From the NCBI GenBank assembly GCA_951406725.2, contig OX597819.1, forward strand, positions 103,602,001 to 103,666,000: a DNA stretch of 64,000 bases, given 5' to 3'. The notes beneath the pieces are model-generated. The model was not told where the DNA came from. It ran no database searches and was given only the letters and a program-made list of their open reading frames with translations. Of the stretch, positions 53,415 through 64,000 are shown piece by piece. Every line of letters starts with the position of its first letter. The stretch's first letter is position 1. A program made the translations under genes and the position numbers. Origin of the DNA: Octopus vulgaris (lineage: Eukaryota).

Positions 53415-53772
53415 CTTTTACTTCTTATTGGCTTCAGTCATTTGACTGCGGTCATGCTGGGGCACCGCTTTAGTCGAACAAATCGAACCTTTTTTGAAGC
53501 CTAGTAGTTATTTTATCGGTGTCTTTTGACAAACCGCTAAGTTACTGGACGTAAACAGAGCAGTACCGGTTTTCAAGTGATGGGCACACACACATACACA
53601 GACACACAAACATACACACATTCACATAGATTTATACCTACCTACATACATACATACATACATACATACATACATACATACATACATACATACATACGTA
53701 CATACCTACATACATACGTACATACATATATATATACAACGGGCTTCTTTCAGTTTCACTCTACCAAATCCA
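53415..53772 (-). mobile_element. SINE family A, diverged and headless
   Basis: TTCAGTCATTTGACTGCGG..CCGCTAAGTTAC..ACGGGCTTCTTTCAGTTTC..CTACCAAATCC. Confidence 0.8.
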
Positions 53773-54509
53773 GTCATATACACACACACGCACACAGACA
53801 CACACACACACACACACACACGCACATGTATATATATATATAGCGTCCACTGTCCATCAATGTACTATTATTCATGTGGTTGTAACATATCTCTTGTGTA
53901 TCTGCAGTGTACATATAATGCACATAAGAAACAGACCAAATGTTGTCCCGGAAGTGACTTGTGAGAAAACAAGTTCGATCGTTTGGTGGGGGGGTAGTAG
54001 TGTGGGGTAGTGGGGTGGGGGTGGGGGTCGTCGTAGTGGTCGTGGTTTTCCATTTGGGAGGGCTCGCAACCTGCTACATTCCGAGATTAGAATTCCTCGC
54101 CACTTATATATGAAAAAGTGAATATAACATTTATGACATTCATTGATTTTGCAAATAGCCACCCGATTGAAAAGATTGAAAAGAGGCCCAGTATCTTCTG
54201 CTGAGGCAACGCTAAATTAAAATAGCCATCTATGTATCATACTTCAGCGAGTTACAGAATAAAAAAAGGAGCTGCTAGGTTATTTAAGGACGGCGGCAAA
54301 AGTTGAGAAAGCTGTTGTGCAGTCGTGTACCCCATCTATGATTTATAACAAATGGAGGTGCTTACATAAAATGGCTATTTTATATATACCATACGGCAGC
54401 TCCCCTGAATTTACCTCCTATATTGCATCAAATGGCAAATCCAGTCCCTCTCTCTCTCTCTCTCTTTCTTTCCCGCTCGGTTGCTCGCGCTCTCCACCCC
54501 ATATTTATC

Positions 54510-54700
54510 TTTGGTTTTCTTAACCAGGAAAATACGTGTCTACTTTCTTCATGATTTCGGTCCCCTTCACCAAACAAGTGCGTCTCACGTAGAGCAACAA
54601 TATCAGTAGTATAACTTAATAGTTCCTCGGCAACTATCGTAGTTCTCTTTGCCAGTCTCATTCTAATATTTCTAATAGCATGTAAATATTGCGGCAACAT
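54510..54700 (-). pseudogene. RTE-type APE endonuclease N-terminal remnant
   Basis: RNIR...KRTTIVAEELLSYTTDIVALRETHLFGEG...VFSW resembles the RTE/BovB WNVR..RRTALVAREL..Y.IDIAALSET motif. Confidence 0.7.
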
Positions 54701-56148
54701 AATTTCTTGTACGTTAATATCTGTTTTCCTAGTATTCGGCCAACTAGTAAGTATAGAGCCGTCAGCTGCGATAAACTAACTAGCAAACAATTTATGTTGA
54801 CAAGCCATTTTTGTAACACCCTTCCTAGAGCTATCTATTATTTGTGAATACACTATCGCCCCAAAATGTCTGCTTATAGTCAGGAGTTTCCTCGCAAAAC
54901 GACTAGGGCCATAAAATGCATGAGAATAACTGAGAAAATTCATTGCGCTCCCGTAAAATTTTACGACTATGTACTGATAACATGTTATGTCAGAGAGTAT
55001 GACCCTTTGACCATCGCTTACGACTAAAGACAAGTAAAGGCACAAAATAAGGCACAAAAACTGCCAGCACGTTAATTTTGTTAAAAAAGTACATGTTTGG
55101 AGCCGTCAAACTAGCAATAATCCAAAAGGAATATGTGGTTATTCTTCTATTCGGAGATGAAGTTGAAGAAAAGCATAACATATCCAGTTCAGAAAGGCAA
55201 AGCAAAGTAAATGCTAAAAATAACATGGCTATCTCTCTGACGTCACATATCACCAAAGTCGTGAAACGAGTCACCAGAGAGAGAGAGAGAGAGAGAACTA
55301 AGAGAGATTAAGAAATACTTATTCTAAGGTGTACATACACACAAGCACACTGACAATAAATATAGCTTTCGCCCAAGAGGCTAGCAGTATAACTTTGTGC
55401 TGAGACAACTGCATAAGTTTTCGCACAGGCAATATATTTCGACTTAAGTACCAGTTCCGCACTGGGGTTGATCTAATCGACTGGTCCCTCTCCCAAAATT
55501 TCGGGCATTGTACTAGAGTAGAAAAGAATAAATATCGACTTTAAAAAGGCTTTTGATAAATTCAGCTATGAGATAATGCGCCAAAATATACGTGATTTTT
55601 GTATAGATGGGAAATTATGATGGTGCTGTATGTCATTTTACAAAGCAGAATTAGATGATTCCGCCCGCAGGAAATCTGGGAGAGAGAACTGTTTTGTGAG
55701 CATTAGAATTTGAAGTGCCTCTGATAGGCATGCCCTCAGTTGTATAAGCTACCGCACTTACTAGCCACGCTTATGATACAAATATATCTCGGGCAATTAA
55801 GAAAACTTTGTCGTCGCTTACCTACAGCAAGAACTTAATGAAAATCACTAACGGCCTGAAGAGAACAGCAAATAGTTTAAGGTTGGAACTTTTCAAACTC
55901 TTCAACATTAACTTATAAAATCCATTACTAATATACATAGGATCTAGAAGGATTACAATTGGAAAACAATTGGAAAATCACAATAGGTCCATAAACTGGG
56001 TAAATGTGAGTAGTAACACATTCTTTTCATGTGAATATTGCCAAGAAGGCAACGATGTGGACAAGGCGGCTGGCGAGATTGAAACTACGTATGTATATAT
56101 ATATCTATATCCACACACACATATATATATGTGTGTGTGTATACATAC

Positions 56149-56423
56149 ATTGCCAACTAGATGAGGCAGTCCCACAGAGGATGACGCTACTGTTGTTTTA
56201 GCCCCAGGAGGACATCTACTCCAGCTTGCTAACGACACACTGTGTCCGATTAGTATTTGCGAGGGGAAATCATCGTTCCCATGTCTTGCCTTACGTGATA
56301 CACATAAAACCTCGCAAATACTAATCGGACACAGACAGTGTGTCGTTAGCAAGCTGTAGATGTCCTCCTGGGGCTAAAAACAACAGTAGCTTCGTCCTCT
56401 ATGGGACCGCCACATCTGGCAAT
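56149..56423. repeat. Foldback element: ~115-bp inverted arms with a ~45-bp spacer
   Basis: TTTAGCCCCAGGAGGACATCTAC..CTGTGTCCGATTAGTATTTGCGAGG is mirrored by CCTCGCAAATACTAATCGGACACAG..GTAGATGTCCTCCTGGGGCTAAA. Confidence 0.9.
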
Positions 56424-57244
56424 TATATTTTACGATTCCATACTGCTACAGTTATTTCTCGTTCAGAGATATAATATTGCTATATATATATACAGACACA
56501 CACACATTGATATATACATACACATACAGACATTCACATATACATACACATAAAAGCAAGTACAGGTACATATAAAGTGAGCATCTTTACAGGTGTTTAT
56601 ATATGTATGTTTGTATATTTATGTTTGCATACATGTACACTTAAGTATAAGCGTGTATGTGTATACGTGTGTCTGTATGTGTGTGTATGAGTGTGCATGT
56701 TTTTGTGTATGTACATGTAAATACACATGTAACGCACACACATATATTTGCGCATACATACACACGCAGACATACACACGCAGACATACACACGCAGACA
56801 TACACTGAGACACGTCTAAATATTAATTTTTCCTGTCCAGACAGATGGTACCCTAAATGTAACTAACGAAGGCTCAACCATCTCATTTTCCACTGACGTA
56901 TCTCAGGCCCCACCTTGCTGTGACAGGTCATTGATCCTAAATGTCATTTGTCAACGGACAAAATTACTTTTTCCCTTCTCTATATATCATCATTTTTGGA
57001 GACCTTTTCCTAATTTACAATATCTCTGCTACTACAGCCTCTACCTTCTGACTTTTAATGAAAATTTGTGTTCCGTTTTGTTGTCATTTTATGACTTTTT
57101 GTTATTTTTGTTGCTATTGTTGATGGCGGGGGTAGAAGCTGTGGTGATGATGTTAGTGATGATGGTGATGGTGATGATGCTGTCAGTATTGCTGTGATTT
57201 CTAATGATATTGCCACTTGTGTAATTTATTGTTAAAGATAACGC

Positions 57245-57281
<37 letters not shown>

Positions 57282-57348
57282 TTGTTGTCATCGCCTTTAT
57301 CAGCATTCTCAGCCACGTCAATACGAATAATTATTGCTATCGCGACAG

Positions 57349-57395
<47 letters not shown>

Positions 57396-57599
57396 TCGCT
57401 AATATCATTAATAGTATGCGCACCGTTAGAAGCAGCATTATACACACCGCAATTATTTTCATAAACATTATACAACGAACGTCGTGCATACAGAAAAAAG
57501 CAAACGAGCACACATATACACTTACACACATGGTGACACCCACTCCTATTCAGCATCAATATCGTGATCATCATCGTTGTCATCAACGTTATTTTATAG

Positions 57600-58977
57600 T
57601 TCTTTCTAATTTCGACAACTGCCCAGCAGCTTTGAAGGGAATGAACGGAAAAGTTGAATCTGGTGGGATTTGAACTCAGATCGTTGAGCCGAAAGAAATG
57701 TTGCTAAGAATTTTGAATGACGCACTAACGATTCTATTGGTTCACTGTCTTAATAATAACCAGAAGAAGAAGAAGAATCGTTAGTGCGTCGGACAAAATG
57801 CATAACAGCGTCAGTTTATTACTTTCTCCTTCGAAATCCTTCGGAAATCAATTCAAGCTTTCAGAGACTTTTACCTTTTCACAATCGATATAAAAATGTA
57901 CCAGTGTCGATGAAATCAATTTGTTCCATTTTTTCAAAATTGCTACTCTTGTACCAGAATTGGAAAGAATTATTATCAAATTCACGTCAGCAGGATTTGA
58001 AACCGAACTTAAAAATCGTGAAACATAAGCTACAAAGCATTTTTATGACATCCTAGTCTTTCTACCGGCTCGCCACCTTCTTTTATGTTATAATAGTGTT
58101 AAAATTGATTTCAAATTTTGGCTCAAGGGTAGAAAGTTCCGAAGAGAGTTCGAGTCGATTACATTGACTCCAGTGTTCAACTGATACTTATTTTATCGAC
58201 TCCGAAAAGATGAAAGACAAAATCGAGCTCGGCGGGATTTGAACTCAGAACGTTAAGAGAGATCAAGTGCCGCTAAGCATTTTGCCAAGCATGCTAACGA
58301 ATCTGCCTTCTCAACGTCCTTATAATAATGGTTTCTAGAGCGCCGAAATAGGAGAATCGTTAGCACGTCGGGCGAAATGCTTAGCGGTTTTTCGTCTGCC
58401 GTTACCTTCTGAGGTCAAATTTCGCCGAATTAGAGATTGCTTTTCACCCTTTCGGAGTCGATTAAATAAGTACCAGTTACGCACGGGTGTCGATGTAATC
58501 GACTTAATCCCTATGATTGCCCTTGTTTGTCCCCTCTATGTTTAGCCCCCTGTGGGCAATAAAGAAATATATAATAATCTTTACTTTTATCGGCATAAAG
58601 CCTAAAATTTGGTGGGAGGGTATCAGTCGATTACATTGATCCCAGTGTTTCACTGATACTTAATTTATCGATCCCGAAAGGATGAAAGGCAAAGTCGACC
58701 TCGGCAGAATTTGAACTCAGAACGTACCTGCAGACAAAATACCTATTTCTTTACTACCCACAAGGGGCTACACATAGAGGGGGCAAACAAGGACAGACAA
58801 ACGGATTAAGTCGATTATATCGTCCCCAGTGCGTAACTGGTACTTAATTTATCGACCCCGAAAGGATGAAAGGCAAAGTTGATCTCGACGGAATTTGAAC
58901 TCAAAACGCAACGGCAGACGAAATACCGCTAAGCATTTCACCCGGCGTGCTAACGTTTCTGCCAGCTAGCCGCCTTC
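57600..58977. mobile_element. Cluster of SINE family B copies in mixed orientation (-, -, + at 58353-58568, - at 58590-58977)
   Basis: Family-B motifs recur on both strands. Confidence 0.85.
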
Positions 58978-59415
58978 GCCCTCCTTATAATAATGATGAT
59001 ATTGAAGATAAAAAGAGAGCGGATAATATGATGTGCGCTGGATTCCACATGTGAACTCAGCGTATTGCAATAGGCATTCATTGTTAGTAAATATGAATAT
59101 GGCGTCCAATCTGTGTCTTTTGGCGGAAATTACGTCAGTTTGTTCATATGTATGAATAAATCGAAATTTCACACAAAAATATATCTAAAGTCCATGCAGA
59201 AAAAAGCAACGAAAAACAAGTGTATACAGAAAAAGACAATGGTAAGTCTACAGAGAAATCTAATTCTTTTAATTCTATCTATACATGTGTATATATGTAT
59301 GTGTGTATATAACCACATTTGGATCGTTAGCGATTTTCTCCTCCGTCTTCCTTTTCTCTTCGACTTTCCTCCGTCTCCTGGTTTCTGACGAAGAGCTTTG
59401 CTCGAACCCTAGCGG

Positions 59416-59446
<31 letters not shown>

Positions 59447-59469
59447 GCTGCTGCTGCTGTTGTTGTTGC

Positions 59470-59515
<46 letters not shown>

Positions 59516-59973
59516 GGTGGTGGTGGTGGTGATAGTGGTGGTGGTGGTGGTGGTGATAGTGGTAGTGGTGGTGGTGGTGGTGGTGGCGGCGGCGGCGGCG
59601 GCGATGACGGTTGTGTTGGTAGTGTTGGTGGTGGTCGTGCTGGTGGTAATGGATGTTGATGATGTCGGTTTTTCTTTAATCTGGTTTGATGTTGACAACA
59701 GTCGTAGTAGAAATAGTTGTATTGGTTAAAGAGGCAGTGGATGGGGTTATCTTTGTGTTTGTAGCAGTGGTTTGAGTCAGTGGACTGGCGGAGAAGGAGG
59801 CTTCGTGGGTCAAGCTCTACCTAATGATAGTAGTAATATTGGTGGTGGTGATCTTGGTAAAACTAGTTGTAAGTAGTGTGAAAAAGTCTTAGTGATTTCA
59901 TCGTAGTTTTCGTAGACGTAGTAACTTTGGTGCTACTCTAGTTAGTGCTTATAAAGATTGCTTCATTGAAGAC

Positions 59974-60032
<59 letters not shown>

Positions 60033-61024
60033 GTGATGGCGATGGTAATGATACTGTTGCAGCTAGTGTGGTGGTGTTTGTGGTGGCGTTAGTTTTGGTG
60101 GTGGTGGTGGTGGTGGTGGTGATGGTGCTGGTGGTGTTGGTGATCGTTGTCATCGTGGTAGTGGTGGTGGTGGTGGTGGTGGTGGCGGTGGGGGTGATGA
60201 TAGTTGATGGTTATTGTATAAGCGGCGGTAGAATTATGGTGGTGATTCGGGTGCTGTTTATCATTTACGACAGTAGTAGCTGCAGTGACATCAGCAGTGG
60301 TTGTAGCGAATGTGGTTGAGATGGTGACGGTTCGGGTGTTGATGAGATTAACAGAAGTGGGTACTCATGGTGGTTGCGTTGATGGCGACGATCGTGAAAA
60401 TGGTAATGGTGCGGATGATGGCTTTGAACGTGTTGGTGAGATGAGAGCGGGGCTGTAGTCGGCGGTAATTAGTAGTGGTGGAAGTGGTGATGGTTACGCT
60501 GGTGCTGGTGTTGGGAATGATGAGTTTGTAGTAATTCATTTTCTCTGTTTCTGTAACTAATTGTGGTATCTATCAGTCGACCTGTATGTATTGTATTGTA
60601 TGTATGTATATATGTTTGTATGTATGTATGTATGTATGTATGTATGTATGTATGTATGTATGTATGTATGTATGTATGTATGTATGTATGAATCTATGCA
60701 TGAGGTGTGTCTATGTATGTTTGCGTACATGTGCATGTGCGTTTTTAATGTCTATGTGCGTTTCCTTGCAAACACATGCATCGTGTGGGCGTACACCACG
60801 TGTGCCTGTCCACGTGTTTGATTTGATGTTCAATTTTCAATTTTCTTTCTGAAGTGATCCATCATAGAGGGTGGGATGTGCTGTCAAGCACTGTCTCACA
60901 CGCACACAAATGCTAACATAAAACGTGTGCACACATACACACGTACACTCATACATATACATAAACACATACTCATCTTTCATTTTCCCTCTTGTTTTTC
61001 CGTCTCTCCTTCTATACATCATAA

Positions 61025-61074
<50 letters not shown>

Positions 61075-62106
61075 ATGGCTATATAAAAATGTCTATATAT
61101 ATGCATATATGCATATATATATATATTTATATATATATACAATCAAAGGCATATATATAAATGCATATATTTGTGAGTGTGTGCCTGTCTTGTGTTTAAT
61201 ATCTACTTTAACATGTGCTCAGGCAAAGTGAAACTCGCACAAATACGTATGAACCATTGTGAAACCTTAGGGCGCACGCACACTTTCCAATATGCACCGC
61301 CTTCTCATCACACACACACATACACACACACACACTTACAAGCATATGCACACGCATGCGCATTGTATAAACTTGCACTCCAAAACACAAGCACGCACAC
61401 ACCCAAGCATACGCGCATGCACACGTACATAAATGCTGGAGTACACATACCCTAATAGAAACCAATAGGAAGAATATTATAGCTAGACATCTACATGGTC
61501 ACTGCATGCATTAGAAATAACAACCAAATCTCACATAAATTATACCCGTGGTCTAAAGGAATGACGACAAAATAGAGAGTTTTGGCTTAGATACACAATG
61601 TATGCAAGTCAATAATTTTGGGATATGAATGAGTGGAATAATTATGATCACAGACTGGAATCAAGCGACGGGTAAGCAACATCGCCCAAGAAAACTTGTA
61701 TACACAAGCAGAAAACATTACATCATACATGCGGAAACACATATACAGGCATACAAACAAATATACGTAAAAGTCCATGTACAAACAGGCACAAACTACT
61801 GCGCGTATCATGAGCATGCAGCCGATTTTTTTCTTATTTTCCCCCGTTTTCCTTGTCGATTTTTCTTGACAAGCGACAACTGTCCGAAACGTCGACATTT
61901 CTAAGACATTCATTATCTCGATTGTTTGTTTCGTAATTTGCCTAACGGTATTAGCCTTCGCTATATTCTTTCCATTATAAGAGACTATGTTGTAATCTTT
62001 GTGAGATTTCACTGGTATCTCTCGCAGGTTAATTTTTCACTTACAGTCGTTCAAACTGATCCATCTAGCGATCGTTCAATTTTGACTGCGAATATGAATA
62101 CGTTTG

Positions 62107-62146
<40 letters not shown>

Positions 62147-62219
62147 GTGTGTGTGTTGATTTAGAGTTTATTATATATATGTAATTGTATATAATTGCAG
62201 AGAATATTTTTTTTAGTGT

Positions 62220-62645
62220 GGGTGGGTGTTGAGAAGGTTGCTTCTCAACCACATAGCTCCGGGTTCAGTCCCACTGCATTGCAATTTGGACATCTTCTAC
62301 TATAGCCTCCGGCCGATCAAGGCCTTGGGAGTGGACTTGATGGAGGGAAACTAAAATAAGTCTTACGTATATATATACACATATATATATACACACACAT
62401 AGGTAAGACATCTTTTAGTTTCCTTTTATCAAATGTGTGAGTGTGTGTGTGTGTGTGCGTGTCTTTGAGCCAGTGTTTGTCCCGCACCACCGCTTGACAA
62501 GTAGTGTTGGTATGCTTACCCCGCGAACCATAGAGTTCGGCAAAAGATACCGAGAAAATAAAGTCCTGGGGTCGATACATTCCACTAAAAAATGCCGAAG
62601 GGCTGTGTCCCAGCGTGGCCGCAGTCCAACGACTGAATCAAGTAT
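62220..62645 (+). mobile_element. SINE family A, diverged
   Basis: CCGGGTTCAGTCCCACTGC, CTTCTACTATAGCCTCCGGCCGATCAA, TTCGGCAAAAGA and AGTCCTGGGGTCGAT. Confidence 0.8.
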
Positions 62646-64000
62646 GAGTGAGTTTTTAAAATTTTAAATATACATACGTACACACATACTTTACATATAT
62701 ACGTACACGCATACATAATGTATGATTAAATATATACACATATTCGTATATATCAATATATATACATATACATGTCTGTCGTTTATTCGTCTTCGTGATC
62801 TTACTGATCTCATTCTTTGGATTGAGGATTTACTCGGACACTGATTGGAACAGCTTACTAAATAAGCCATGCCGATTTAAATACTTACTTTTAACTGTGG
62901 TGAATATTTGTTTCCACGCCTTTAGGCGAATAATTTCTACGAATTTTAGAGATCAGTTATTAACATATGAATAATATATTATTAGAATCCAATAGCCATA
63001 AGTAGAATGAATTTATCTATGTATAATCTTTGCCTGTTTACTGTTTCATACATACATAAAGCAAGACATACAAATCTGCACGTATATAGATATAAATGCC
63101 TTCTTATTTACTTATTTACACACACACACTGAAAGATAGTGAGCAAAGGAGAGAATTAATTTTATCAACAATAAAAGAATGTTCATAGGAATGTATTGGA
63201 TATAATATATATAATATTCGAGAAAGGACTATTGTTAATATTGGCTATCGTTCATGCCACGTCACATATCACAAAACCCATCAGTGATCAAATGTTTGTT
63301 ACTGTGTCCAGCACGTCTTACATATTCGTATATTGTGTGTGTAATACTAAATTCTGTTTCATATTTTTAACGAGACATGTAAAGTTATGAGATTATTGTA
63401 GCTGATATTTCAGGCAGGTCGAATAAACATTTTGACAAAACGTATTTGGAATAACATTGTGAAATGTGGCCTTGATTTTGCATGACATTATAGTTAAATT
63501 TTAGGGAGATTCTGGTGTTAGTGCTGGCAAGTTGAGCGAACGTGTAGAGGAGAATAGAAATGGCTGAAACCCATATATTATAATCACTGGAAACGAATAA
63601 ACAGAGGCTTTAACTGAAAGAGGCAGCGGCCATATTTCATTTCATTATCAAGGCCTTTCGGGATGCCATTAGCAGGCATTATGAAATGGAAACTGGCCAT
63701 AATTGTATAAATTACGGGAGCCTTGTGTTCGGGTTGTTCGCTGGTAACGGCACGTTGAAGACACAAAAGAGATGATGCGGGTTTCTTAGAAGCGCATATA
63801 TATAATTATATATGTGTGTTAGTCAATGTGTAGATATCTCAGTGTATTTAAGTTTTAGCCTGTGTGTATACGTTACTTATGTATGCATGTAAATGTGTAT
63901 AAATTGCGTGTGTATGGATGTATAAATATATGCATGTTAACTAAATTATTTCTGTTTGCGCATGTCTAAGGAAGTGTTCGGATAATTCTATCACCTATCT

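Overview
AT-rich eukaryotic DNA saturated with microsatellites. The SINE/LINE/Helitron repertoire looks like a coleoid cephalopod (Octopus-like) genome, which is an inference. No complete host gene is visible, only one candidate first coding exon (37040-37125, minus). Almost all listed ORFs are microsatellite artefacts. The real content is transposon debris: a CR1-type LINE 3' end, a 2.6-kb RTE LINE, Penelope-like (PLE) RT and GIY-YIG remnants with several minimal hammerhead-ribozyme motifs, mariner remnants, four or five Helitrons, four tRNA-derived SINE families and several foldback palindromes. The most striking structure is a long-TIR DNA-transposon system with GGATCTTT termini. Its outermost ends (10941 and 28005) are flanked by an exact 8-bp direct repeat, CCCGTTTA, which defines a 17-kb composite insertion. 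Two internal ends (22778, 23079) carry an inverted 8-bp target duplication taken from inside the element itself, the signature expected of autointegration or alternative transposition. Coordinates of degenerate repeats were read by eye and are approximate.
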